Positions 30,773 through 40,012 of a stretch of DNA of 64,000 nt are shown here, piece after piece. How positions within the stretch are numbered: the first letter of the stretch is position 1; every line of letters starts with the position of its first letter. Made by a program: the position numbers and the translations under genes. This DNA comes from a virus. Where the stretch lies: IMG/VR virus record IMGVR_UViG_3300028833_000003. One strand, 5' to 3'. Below the pieces are notes generated by a model. That model worked only from the letters and a program-made list of their open reading frames with translations. It did no database searches and had not been told where the DNA came from.

Positions 30773-31936
30773 ATGAGTAAAATGCTTTGTATTGAACCTA
30801 TGAAAATCAATAAAATCCCAGAAGGTAAAGAAGATCTTCTACCATCTATTTGTGCATCTGGTGAATATTTTGCACAAATTAAAAAGGATGGCTATTGGTA
30901 TCAATTTGAAAAACAAGAAGGCGTGGCTTATCTTTGGAGTCGCACAACTTCAAAAGTAACAGGAACACTTGCTGAAAAAGGCGCCAATGTTCCTCATATT
31001 ATGGAGATTCTCGCGCCGCTTCCAGCTGGCACAGTTATTATTGGTGAAATCTATTATCCTGGTAAAGAATCAAAAGATGTAACACCAATAATGGGAGCAT
31101 TACCTGAGAAAGCGGTTGAACGGCAGCAAGGTGAATATGGTCCATTACATTATTATATTCACGATATGATTTATTATAATGGACGTAATCTTATGGATGT
31201 CGGTGCGGCAGTGCGCTATGATTTACTTAAAAAGGTTTATGAAAAATATCGTCTTGGCGATTTTGAAGTAAATGATGAGCAGATTATTGAATTAGCAGAG
31301 CGCTTTGATGATGATATTTTAAATAAAATTAATGAAGTGCTTGCCGCGGGTGAAGAAGGTATGGTTCTTAAAAAGAAGACTGCCCCATATACGCCTGGTA
31401 AGCGACCTGCATGGGATACAATTAAAGTTAAAAAGACCGATGGTTGTGATGCCATTCTTATGGGCTTTAATGCGCCAACAGTAGTATATGATGGAAAATT
31501 GGACATTGGAGAAAATTATACTGGCGCAGATGCTGATAATTGGTCTTATTGGGCAACGTTTGAATTGACAAATGCTGATACAACAAAATTGATTGAGCGT
31601 AAGCCTATTGGTGACAGGTCTATTGAATTAGAAGAAAAACAAGTAATTTATCCTGTTACAAAAGCATTTTACTATGGATGGCCAACAGCAATTAAGATTG
31701 GTGCATATGATAAGGATAATAAAGTTGTACAAATTGGCACCGTATCTTCCGGCTTAACCGAAGAATTAATGCAAGATTTTGTGCAACATCCATTTAAATA
31801 TCTTAATACTGTTGTAGAATTGCGCGGAATGGAAAAACATAATGAAGACCACACACTGCGGCACTTCTATTTTAAAGGTTTCCGTGATGATAAAGATCCA
31901 ACTGAATGTACTATTGATTCAATTTTTGGAGGTTAA
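30773..31936 (+). CDS. ATP-dependent DNA ligase
   Basis: Motif I AQIKKDGYW (K.DG), EGMVLKK, and a C-terminal OB-like region. Confidence 0.8.
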   Translation: MSKMLCIEPMKINKIPEGKEDLLPSICASGEYFAQIKKDGYWYQFEKQEGVAYLWSRTTSKVTGTLAEKGANVPHIMEILAPLPAGTVIIGEIYYPGKESKDVTPIMGALPEKAVERQQGEYGPLHYYIHDMIYYNGRNLMDVGAAVRYDLLKKVYEKYRLGDFEVNDEQIIELAERFDDDILNKINEVLAAGEEGMVLKKKTAPYTPGKRPAWDTIKVKKTDGCDAILMGFNAPTVVYDGKLDIGENYTGADADNWSYWATFELTNADTTKLIERKPIGDRSIELEEKQVIYPVTKAFYYGWPTAIKIGAYDKDNKVVQIGTVSSGLTEELMQDFVQHPFKYLNTVVELRGMEKHNEDHTLRHFYFKGFRDDKDPTECTIDSIFGG

Positions 31937-31937
31937 G

Positions 31938-32102
31938 ATGTATATTATTGTATGGCAGGATGAATTTGAGCATATAATTATTGATACCCATGCTCCTGTC
32001 TTTGATGATTATTATCTCGCAGTTGATTATGTTTCACGCAAAAATGAAAAATTTGCCGAATCATCTTATTATCACAAGCGTTGGATTTATGAGGTCAAAT
32101 AA
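31938..32102 (+). CDS. Hypothetical small protein
   Basis: ATG lies 6 nt after GGAGG and is internal to track ORF 31842. Confidence 0.45.
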   Translation: MYIIVWQDEFEHIIIDTHAPVFDDYYLAVDYVSRKNEKFAESSYYHKRWIYEVK

Positions 32103-32109
32103 AAAATAA

Positions 32110-32138
32110 TTGACTTTATAAAAAATTTTTGATATAAT
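32110..32138 (+). promoter_or_regulatory. Promoter cassette (TTGACT-N17-TGaTATAAT)
   Basis: -35 at 32110-32115 and -10 at 32133-32138. Leader ATATATGAAGATAAGGAAAGG. Confidence 0.75.
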
Positions 32139-32171
32139 ATATATGAAGATAAGGAAAGGAAGAAAAAAATC

Positions 32172-32372
32172 GTGACTAAGAAACAACGCAAGCGCTTGGC
32201 ACAACAGTTGGCTGAACTTGAACATATCATCCAGACTAGTGAAGATCGAAACGCAGTAAGAGATGCGCAAGAGCGTATGATGCAAATGCAAGAGGCCGCA
32301 GATATGAATACGGAAGATATGTGCGCGGTTGATGAAATGGTCCAGGATATTTTACAAACCTTGACTTATTAA
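32172..32372 (+). CDS. Hypothetical acidic protein (GTG start)
   Basis: Track ORF, downstream of GGAAAGGAAG. Confidence 0.45.
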   Translation: MTKKQRKRLAQQLAELEHIIQTSEDRNAVRDAQERMMQMQEAADMNTEDMCAVDEMVQDILQTLTY

Positions 32373-32389
32373 AAAATTTTTGGTATAAT
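32361..32389 (+). promoter_or_regulatory. Promoter cassette (TTGACT-N17-TGgTATAAT)
   Basis: -35 at 32361-32366 (inside the 3' end of the previous gene) and -10 at 32384-32389. It is followed by a 105-nt leader. Confidence 0.7.
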
Positions 32390-32494
32390 AAATGTAGTTA
32401 ATAATTGAGGGGCAAAAAAATCCACCCGTCAGATTATTATAAATACTATAAAAAATAGTGGTAAAACCACAGGAAAAAAAGGAGAAATGTTGTT

Positions 32495-32773
32495 ATGGCT
32501 ATGAGTGAGAATTCTAAGAAGGTTATTACGTATCTGCAGGGTCTGGATAAGAACGCTAATGTGACTGCCGGTGATGTGGCAGACGCTCTGGGCCTTGAAA
32601 AGCGCAGTGTTGATGGTGTCTTTACTTCCGCTATTCAGCGCAAGCATCTTGGTGAGCGCGTTGAAGCTGAAATTGAATTGGACGATGGCACCCACAAGAA
32701 GGTTAAGTTCCTGCACTTGAACGCTGATGGTTATGCGTTTGATCCTAACGCTGAGCCAGTTGCGGCTGAATAA
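32495..32773 (+). CDS. Small winged-helix-like DNA-binding protein
   Basis: ATG follows AAAGGAG. ...VTAGDVADALGLEKRSVDGVFTSAIQRK... AAG/CTG codon regime, then a terminator. Confidence 0.5.
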   Translation: MAMSENSKKVITYLQGLDKNANVTAGDVADALGLEKRSVDGVFTSAIQRKHLGERVEAEIELDDGTHKKVKFLHLNADGYAFDPNAEPVAAE

Positions 32774-32790
32774 TTTAGTGTAATTAGTTA

Positions 32791-32824
32791 GGGGAGACGA
32801 TACTACATTGTCTCCCCTATTTTA
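32791..32824 (+). terminator. Rho-independent terminator
   Basis: GGGGAGAC-11 nt-GTCTCCCC followed by TATTTT. Confidence 0.75.
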
Positions 32825-32829
32825 CTCGA

Positions 32830-33837
32830 ATGGTTTAGATTGTTATATCTGTTATTGCCGCAATTTTAATTCTGGCCGCGATTATAATTGATTCTAAATT
32901 ATCTCAATAGCGCAAGGATTTAGTGCAGGAAATCACAGAATTAAAAACGCGCACAGAAGAATTAGTTAAAACTCGTGATGAATTGTAGGATGCAAATGAA
33001 AAATTAATGCACACCCGCAATGAAAATGAGCAATATATCGGATGGCAAGAATCAAAAATTGCATCTACAAAGACATCTATTGAAGTGATGCAATTAGCTG
33101 TAAAAAATGCTGAAAAAGGTGCTAATCTTCGTATCGAGGAATTAAAAAAACAAATAGAAAAAGAATATGATTATGCTAAATTTGAAGCCAAGGAAGATTA
33201 TCTTAAATTACAAGAAACACTAAGTCAAGATACTCAAAAGCAATTAGAAACAGATTTACAAAAATTACAAGAAGTAAATGATAATATAAATACGCAACAA
33301 GCTATTTTAGATGCTTTGCGCTCAAAGGCCATCGCGGCACGTAATATTAACATTGCAAGAGAAAAAGAAAAAGATGGAATTGCATTTTATCAGTTGCAAT
33401 TAACGCCAGAAGCAAAGCATGATAGTGAAGTAATGCGTTCTTTTGAATATCAATTAAGTCGTCCTGATGTAATTAATAAACTTATTTGGAAAGTGTTTTA
33501 TGAAAAACCATATACTAGTTTAGTCGGTCGAGTATTAGGCACTGCTACACATACTGGTGTTTATAAAATTACTGAATTAGAAAGCGGTAAAGTATATGTT
33601 GGTCAAGCAGTCGATGTTGCAGAAAGATGGCGTCAGCATATCAAGCGCGGCTTAGGCGCAGAACCAGTAACACAAAATAAGTTATATCCTGCTATGCACA
33701 AATTAGGTCCAGAGAATTTCACTTTTGAATTAATCGAAGATTGTCCAAGAGAAGAATTAAATGAGCGTGAGCGCTATTGGATTGATTTTTATGGCGGGAA
33801 AGAATTTGGATATAATGTTACCGGAGGCAACAAATGA
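32830..33837 (+). CDS. Membrane-anchored coiled-coil protein with a C-terminal GIY-YIG/T5orf172-type nuclease domain (three in-frame TAGs: 32836, 32908, 32986)
   Basis: C-terminus GVYKITELESGKVYVGQAVDVAERWRQH...YWIDFYGG fits GIY-YIG. It is in frame with track ORF 33007. The start is uncertain because there is no RBS and TAG is codon 3. Confidence 0.55.
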
Positions 33838-34118
33838 AAAGAATTATTGATACACGCGGCACAGGAAAAACATATAGACTATTGGAACACGCGCAAGCAG
33901 TTGGCGGTATTGTTGTATGTAGTCATCCAGAAGGTATGAAAGTTAAAGCTGAATCATATGGTTTTGATAATATTACTTGTATGAGTTATGGCGAATATGC
34001 CAATGAAAATTTTTTACCTGGTAGCCGTACTCCAATTTTTATTGATGAATTGGAAGCATTTCTTACGTATAATATTAGTAATTATATAGAAGGCTATACT
34101 ATTAGTGTTGATTATTGA
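33834..34118 (+). CDS. Hypothetical protein with a P-loop-like GTGKT
   Basis: Track ORF. ATGA overlap with the upstream gene. Confidence 0.5.
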   Translation: MKRIIDTRGTGKTYRLLEHAQAVGGIVVCSHPEGMKVKAESYGFDNITCMSYGEYANENFLPGSRTPIFIDELEAFLTYNISNYIEGYTISVDY

Positions 34119-34143
34119 CTTTTTTAAAAAAATTTGGTATAAT
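34115..34143 (+). promoter_or_regulatory. Promoter cassette (TTGACT-N17-TGgTATAAT)
   Basis: -35 at 34115-34120 and -10 at 34138-34143. Leader ATATATAGAAAATGAAGAAAGGG. Confidence 0.75.
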
Positions 34144-34175
34144 ATATATAGAAAATGAAGAAAGGGTTTTAAAAA

Positions 34176-34529
34176 ATGTCTAAAAGCGAAGAGTTCTTGA
34201 ATTTCTGGAATTATTTGGTTCATGATGTAGCAGGTGATATTGATGTGCCTGAGAATGTGCAGGCATACATTGATGCACTAAGTGGTAATGAGAAAAAGGA
34301 GAAACCCTTATTTACCGATAATGGTAAAGTAATTTTGCAATGGTTGCAAGGTGCGCCGGACGCTTATTATAAATCAAAAGACATTGCTGAACAAGTTGGT
34401 TTGGCATCGAAGTCTGTGGCTGGCGCAATGAGAAAGTTGATTACAGATGGATTTGTTGAAAAAGTAGGCAAAGATCCAGTACTGTATATGATTACATCAA
34501 AAGGAAAAGAAATTAATATTGAGGAGTAA
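34176..34529 (+). CDS. Winged-helix (MarR-like) DNA-binding protein
   Basis: ...SKDIAEQVGLASKSVAGAMRKLITDGFVEKVG... Confidence 0.55.
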   Translation: MSKSEEFLNFWNYLVHDVAGDIDVPENVQAYIDALSGNEKKEKPLFTDNGKVILQWLQGAPDAYYKSKDIAEQVGLASKSVAGAMRKLITDGFVEKVGKDPVLYMITSKGKEINIEE

Positions 34530-34534
34530 TGATT

Positions 34535-35485
34535 ATGAAAAAGACAATGAACAATGTGCATCTCGAAGGTTATGTGTATGATATTGACATGAAGGAAGCA
34601 GTTACTGGTGAAAGATCAAAAGTTCCTGGCACTAAGTATCTGCGCGGCACCATTCAGATTTGTACTGATGAAGTTGGCGCGAATGTATGCCCAGTTTATA
34701 TTTCTTATGCTACTCCTGTGACACCGGCTGGTCGTGCAAATGAGACTTATAACATCTTGTCTAAGCTCATGAGTGGGGAATACTCTACTTGGATGAATGG
34801 TGGCAAGGATAATGCCTGCCGTGTTCGTATTGATACTAGCATTGGCGTAAATGATTTTTATGCAACTGATGGAACTCTTGTTTCTCAGGTTCGTAATGAG
34901 AACGGTTTCCTCCATATTATGACCGAGGATTTCAATGAGGATACCAATCAGCGCGCTTCTTTCCAGGTTGATACGGTTATTACGAATGTAATTGAGAAGG
35001 AAGCAGACCCTGAGAGAGAGATGCCTGCACATGCTTTGATTAAGGGTTATACGTTTAATTACAATGGGTCTAAGATTATGCCTGTTGATTTTATGATTAC
35101 TAAGCCCGATGGTATTCGGTTCTTCCTTAGTATCGGTGCTTCTAATGCTAAGCCTTATTTCACGAAGTTGAGTGGTCATCAGACTTCTCGTACTGCTCAA
35201 ATTAAGGTTGAGGAAGAAAGCGCATTTGGTGACCCAATTGTTCGTTTCCGTTCTATTTCTCGGAAGGCATATGTCGTTGATAGTTGCTTGAAGCAGCCTT
35301 ATCTGTGGGATGATGCTGAAACGATTACTGCGGCTGAGTTTAAGAGTAAGTTGGCTGACCGTGATGTTGAGCTTGCTGCTTTAAAGCAGAGTTCAGATGA
35401 GTATCGTAAGAACCGTGCGGCTGGTGGTACTGCAACTGCTACAACCACGGCTGCCGCAAGCACTAATGCACTTTATGATTTTTAA
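34535..35485 (+). CDS. Candidate single-stranded DNA-binding protein
   Basis: ATG lies 8 nt after GAGGAG. Its position is upstream of the recombination ATPase. It has an Ala/Thr-rich linker ending in LYDF, like SSB C-terminal tips, and uses the high-expression codon regime. The function is inferred. Confidence 0.5.
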   Translation: MKKTMNNVHLEGYVYDIDMKEAVTGERSKVPGTKYLRGTIQICTDEVGANVCPVYISYATPVTPAGRANETYNILSKLMSGEYSTWMNGGKDNACRVRIDTSIGVNDFYATDGTLVSQVRNENGFLHIMTEDFNEDTNQRASFQVDTVITNVIEKEADPEREMPAHALIKGYTFNYNGSKIMPVDFMITKPDGIRFFLSIGASNAKPYFTKLSGHQTSRTAQIKVEEESAFGDPIVRFRSISRKAYVVDSCLKQPYLWDDAETITAAEFKSKLADRDVELAALKQSSDEYRKNRAAGGTATATTTAAASTNALYDF

Positions 35486-35502
35486 TTAAGGAGGGCACAT
35501 AA

Positions 35503-36507
35503 ATGGCTAATGCATTGCTCTCTATTAAACCCCACGAAGTGTCTAAGGACCTTCGTGGGTATAGTGTCCTTTTGTACGGCACACCCAAAAGCGGTAAAAC
35601 TTCTACCGCAGTTCAGTTCCCTAAACATTTGCTTCTTGCTTTTGAAAAGGGTTATAGCGCAATTCCCGGCGCGATGGTTCAGCCAATTAACTCTTGGAAT
35701 GAGTTTAAAGCAACTTTGATTGACCTTCGAGACGAGGATGTTAAAAAGACTTATGAAACCATCATTATTGATACAGCGGATATTGCTTATGATTACTGCT
35801 GTGAATATGTTGCTAGCTCTTATGATAAAGCATCTATTAGCGAAATCCCTTACGGTAAGGGATACGAGCTTGTCATGACCGAATTTGATAAAGGTATCCG
35901 TAAAATCCTACAAATGGGTTACGGCCTTGTTCTTATCTCTCACGCTCAGGAACGCACTGATAAAGATGTTGATGGTTCAGATATTGTGCGGTTGATGCCT
36001 ACTCTTGATAAACGTGGGCGCTTGATTTGCGAACGTACTTGTGACATTGTTGGTCTTATTAAGCCTGCTCGTGGAGCAGACGGTATTGTTCGTAGCAGAA
36101 TGTATATGCGCGAAACACCAGAATATCAGGCCGGTTCTCGTTTCAAGTATATGGTCGATAGCATTGACCTTAGTTATGATAATCTTGTAAAAGCCATCTC
36201 AGATGCTATTGAAAAAGAAGAGCAGATGACTGGTGGAAAATATGTAACTGCAACACGTGAGCAAGTTTATACTGAGGCTCCTAAGCCCGATGATGAAGAT
36301 GATTTGCTCGCAGCCCAAGAAGAATTTAAAACTGTTGCTAGTCAGCTATTGACAAAAAATCAGGCTAATCGCACCAAGATTGCCGCAGTAATTCTCCAAT
36401 ATCTCGGCAGAGATGAGAGCGGAGCACCGCGGAAAGTCACTGAAACCGAGGTAAAGGATGTTCCTGCAATTAGACTGATTAATAAAGACCTCGGCAGTTT
36501 GCTATAA
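35503..36507 (+). CDS. AAA_24/Sak4-like RecA-fold recombination ATPase
   Basis: VLLYGTPKSGKTS (Walker A), IIIDTAD (Walker B), LVLISHAQER. Confidence 0.7.
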   Translation: MANALLSIKPHEVSKDLRGYSVLLYGTPKSGKTSTAVQFPKHLLLAFEKGYSAIPGAMVQPINSWNEFKATLIDLRDEDVKKTYETIIIDTADIAYDYCCEYVASSYDKASISEIPYGKGYELVMTEFDKGIRKILQMGYGLVLISHAQERTDKDVDGSDIVRLMPTLDKRGRLICERTCDIVGLIKPARGADGIVRSRMYMRETPEYQAGSRFKYMVDSIDLSYDNLVKAISDAIEKEEQMTGGKYVTATREQVYTEAPKPDDEDDLLAAQEEFKTVASQLLTKNQANRTKIAAVILQYLGRDESGAPRKVTETEVKDVPAIRLINKDLGSLL

Positions 36508-36522
36508 ACAATATTTCAAATC

Positions 36523-36553
36523 AACCGAGACAAAAATCTCGGTTGATTTTTTT
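36523..36553 (+). terminator. Rho-independent terminator
   Basis: AACCGAGA-CAAAAA-TCTCGGTT followed by GATTTTTTT. Confidence 0.85.
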
Positions 36554-36571
36554 CTAAAATTATGATATAAT
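36543..36571 (+). promoter_or_regulatory. Promoter cassette (TTGATT-N17-TGaTATAAT)
   Basis: -35 at 36543-36548 and -10 at 36566-36571. Confidence 0.75.
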
Positions 36572-36592
36572 ATATATAAGGAAGGTGAGATA

Positions 36593-37117
36593 GTGGCGCA
36601 TTATGTGCATTGTGTATTTTGTAATGAGCGTTTTGATCGTGATAAAGTGCCATGTGTAGCAATAAGTCAGCGACGCTATGCTCATACGGATTGTGCAACT
36701 GCCGCCGAAGCAGGAAAATCAAAAGAAGAGCATGATTATGATGAATTAGTTGCATATATTAAGAAATTATTTGATATAACACAATTATCACCAAAGATAA
36801 ATAAACAAATTCAAGTATATCATGATGAAAATAATTTTTCTTATAGCGGCATCCATAAATCATTGGTTTATTTTTATGAAGTAAAAGGTAATTCAATAGC
36901 AAAAGCAAATGGCGGTATTGGTATTGTCCCGTATGTATATGATGTGGCAAAACAATATTACACTGCAATTTGGATTGCTAATCAGCAAAATAAAGAAAAA
37001 GCACAAGCAATTTTACCAGAAATGGTACAGACGAAAACAGTAGTAATTACAATTCCTCGTCCAGTACCAAAAAAGAAAGCACCATTTAGTTTTTTGGACG
37101 AGGAGGCAGTTGAATAA
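36593..37117 (+). CDS. Hypothetical protein with an N-terminal Cys/His cluster (possible helicase loader or replication organiser by position)
   Basis: Track ORF with a GTG start after AAGGAAGG. HCVFC...C...HTDC. It lies directly upstream of the helicase. Confidence 0.5.
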   Translation: MAHYVHCVFCNERFDRDKVPCVAISQRRYAHTDCATAAEAGKSKEEHDYDELVAYIKKLFDITQLSPKINKQIQVYHDENNFSYSGIHKSLVYFYEVKGNSIAKANGGIGIVPYVYDVAKQYYTAIWIANQQNKEKAQAILPEMVQTKTVVITIPRPVPKKKAPFSFLDEEAVE

Positions 37118-38658
37118 TGGCATCTAAATATGTAGATACAACTGCAATTATCCAGGTAATTGGTAATATATTTAATAATCCAACATTGTTGGATAATACT
37201 GAACAGGAATACAGTTTATCAGAAGCAGACTTCCCAGAAGACTTCCACAAAGTGTTAATCGGTGCAATTTATAAACTATATACAAGTGGAGTTAATCCTA
37301 TACGATTAACTGATATAGTAGATTATTTGGAAAGTCGGCCCAAAAGTAAAGCAATTTTTGAAGTTAATCATGGTGAAGATTATTTGCATCATATCTCTAA
37401 AAATGCAAATGCTTTAACATTTAACTATTATTATGCAAGATTAAAAAAATTTTCTCTTTTAAGAGCGTATGATGATTTGGGTTTTAAATTAGAAGAATAT
37501 TATGACCCAGACACATTAGATAGTAAGAAAAAAGAAGAACAAGAAGAATGGCTTGATAATACTTCACTTGAAAGAATTGCTGATTGTTTTGAAGCAAAAA
37601 TTGAGTCCATTCGAGAACAATATACTACTGATACATCTTATAATCATTCATATAGCGCTGGCGATGGCATTGTTGAATTGATTAAGAAACTGGAAGAGCA
37701 TCCAGATGTTGGTGTTCCACTGTATGGGCAGTATATATCAACAATAACGAGAGGCGCGCGACTTGGAAAATTATACCTTAGATCCGCTCCAACGGGCGTT
37801 GGTAAAACTCGTAGTATGGTGGCGGATGCTTGTTATATCGGCTGTAATAAGATATATGATAAAGATTTTGGTATGTGGATCAACAACGGACAAGCGCTAC
37901 CAACAGTGTTTATCGCTACTGAACAGGATAAAGAAGAGATACAGACTTTGATGCTGGCTTTCTTATCCAGCGTTGATGAAAGACATATCTTAATGGGACA
38001 GTATGAAAATGATGAGCGTGAGAGAGTTATGGAAGCGGCAAAAATTATTCAAGAGTCACCAATGTGGATTGAAGAGCTACCGCAATTCAATTTGCAAGAC
38101 GTAGAGAATACTGTCAAACGCGCAATTAGAGAACATGATGTAAGATATATCTTTCATGATTACATTCATACCAGTTTAAAGATTTTGGAAGAAATTAGTA
38201 AGCGCGCTGGTAAAATAGCATTACGTGAAGATAATATTTTGTTTATGTTATCAGCCCGCTTAAAAGAAATTTGTGAAAAACATAATGTTTTTATGATGAC
38301 CGCAACACAGTTGAACGGCGATTGGAAAGACAGTAAAACACCTGACCAGAATTTGCTGCGTGGCGCAAAAGCAATAGCAGATAAGATTGACTATGGTAGT
38401 ATTTTATTGCCAGTCACAGATGATGATTTAACTAAAATTCAAAGCATTATTGGCGCGAACCCACGATGGACCGCGCCGAACCTGAAATTGTCTGTTTATA
38501 AAAATAGACGAGGAGAATATAAAAGTGTATTATTGTGGTGTAAAGCTGACTTAGGCACTTGTCATATCGACCCGATGTTTATGACAGATTATTCATTTAA
38601 TTTGATTCCTATTGAAGATTTAAAAATTATGTTTGAAGAAGAGGAGCGTGTATTTTAA
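37117..38658 (+). CDS. DnaB-like replicative DNA helicase
   Basis: The C-terminal RecA-like domain has APTGVGKT (Walker A) and IFHDY (Walker B-like). The N-terminal domain is DnaB-like. Confidence 0.85.
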   Translation: MASKYVDTTAIIQVIGNIFNNPTLLDNTEQEYSLSEADFPEDFHKVLIGAIYKLYTSGVNPIRLTDIVDYLESRPKSKAIFEVNHGEDYLHHISKNANALTFNYYYARLKKFSLLRAYDDLGFKLEEYYDPDTLDSKKKEEQEEWLDNTSLERIADCFEAKIESIREQYTTDTSYNHSYSAGDGIVELIKKLEEHPDVGVPLYGQYISTITRGARLGKLYLRSAPTGVGKTRSMVADACYIGCNKIYDKDFGMWINNGQALPTVFIATEQDKEEIQTLMLAFLSSVDERHILMGQYENDERERVMEAAKIIQESPMWIEELPQFNLQDVENTVKRAIREHDVRYIFHDYIHTSLKILEEISKRAGKIALREDNILFMLSARLKEICEKHNVFMMTATQLNGDWKDSKTPDQNLLRGAKAIADKIDYGSILLPVTDDDLTKIQSIIGANPRWTAPNLKLSVYKNRRGEYKSVLLWCKADLGTCHIDPMFMTDYSFNLIPIEDLKIMFEEEERVF

Positions 38659-38660
38659 AA

Positions 38661-38906
38661 ATGGCAACGATTGCGAAAGAATTGGTTTATAGCAAAGGAC
38701 ACAAGAAAGTAATTCGCGGACGTGAATTGCAATATGTGATGCCTCTTGAAGAATATCGTGCTATCGCTGGTCAGGGACCGAAGAATATGAATTCTCCTGA
38801 TTATGTGCTGGATTATCTTAATGAAGCTGGTGGCTTTCTTGGAACTGTCACTAAAATCGTAACAGAAGATACGCCCATCCATATTATTCATAACTTAGAG
38901 GAGTAA
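38661..38906 (+). CDS. Hypothetical protein
   Basis: Track ORF, tightly packed between the helicase and primase genes. Confidence 0.5.
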   Translation: MATIAKELVYSKGHKKVIRGRELQYVMPLEEYRAIAGQGPKNMNSPDYVLDYLNEAGGFLGTVTKIVTEDTPIHIIHNLEE

Positions 38907-38908
38907 TT

Positions 38909-40012
38909 ATGTATTATTATGACAAGGACGAAATCAAAAATAAACTCACTACTGATATGATTTTTGAGTGTGTCCAGGATTGTGGCGGTTCTCCTAACCG
39001 CACCCCATTCGGCTTTATATCCGCCACAATCTGTCATAATAAATATGGAGAAGGTTCTCACAAATTGTATTATTATGAGAATACTCGTTTGTTTAGATGT
39101 TATACAGGTTGTGACGCGACATTTGATATTTTTGAATTAATTACTAAAATTCATAAGATTAATCATCCGGAAGATACTGAATGGTCTTTGTATAGCTCAG
39201 TTTGTTGGGTAGCGCAAAAGTTTCATTTTGCTCCTACAAATACAGTAACAAAAGAAGCAGGTAAAGAATTACCAGAGTGGGGATTATTTGAACGGCGCGC
39301 ACAATTTAAATTAACAGAAGAACAACCTCGTATTCAGTTACCAGAATTTCCAAAAACTATTTTATATAATTTGCCACGCCCGATTGTTCCTGACTGGATA
39401 AATGAAGGCATGACGCAAGAAGCAATCAATCATCATATGATTGGTTATTATGCACCAACAGAGCAATTAACTATTCCGCACTTTGATATAGATGATAGAT
39501 TTATAGGATTGCGCGGGCGAGCACTCGGTGAAGATGGTGCGCAATATGGTAAATATCGCCCAATGATGATTAGTGGTAGAATGTATAATCATCCATTGGG
39601 TTTAAATTTATATAATATTAATAATGCTAAAACCGCAATACAAAAGATACGTAAAGCAATTATCTTTGAAGGCGAGAAAAGCGCCATTTTATATGAATCA
39701 TATTTTGGACAAGAAAATGATATTTCTGTTGCGTGTTGCGGTTCTAACATTAGTAGTTATCAAATTAAATTATTATTAGACCTCGGAGTGGAAGAAATTA
39801 TTATCGCGTTTGATAGACAGTTTCAAACGCGAGGGGATGAAGAATTTAAACATCTAACTCGAAATCTAACTTCCATAAACAAAAAATATAGGCCGTATGT
39901 ATTAATCTCTTTTATCTTTGATAAAACGGATTTACTGCCCTATAAAGCATCCCCAATAGATTTAGGTAAAGACGTTTTTTTGAAGATGTTTAAGGAGAGA
40001 ATTATTCTATGA
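38909..40012 (+). CDS. DnaG-like DNA primase (zinc finger plus Toprim)
   Basis: CH..........H......C..GC zinc-binding segment. Toprim IIFEGEKSA and AFDRQ. Confidence 0.8.
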   Translation: MYYYDKDEIKNKLTTDMIFECVQDCGGSPNRTPFGFISATICHNKYGEGSHKLYYYENTRLFRCYTGCDATFDIFELITKIHKINHPEDTEWSLYSSVCWVAQKFHFAPTNTVTKEAGKELPEWGLFERRAQFKLTEEQPRIQLPEFPKTILYNLPRPIVPDWINEGMTQEAINHHMIGYYAPTEQLTIPHFDIDDRFIGLRGRALGEDGAQYGKYRPMMISGRMYNHPLGLNLYNINNAKTAIQKIRKAIIFEGEKSAILYESYFGQENDISVACCGSNISSYQIKLLLDLGVEEIIIAFDRQFQTRGDEEFKHLTRNLTSINKKYRPYVLISFIFDKTDLLPYKASPIDLGKDVFLKMFKERIIL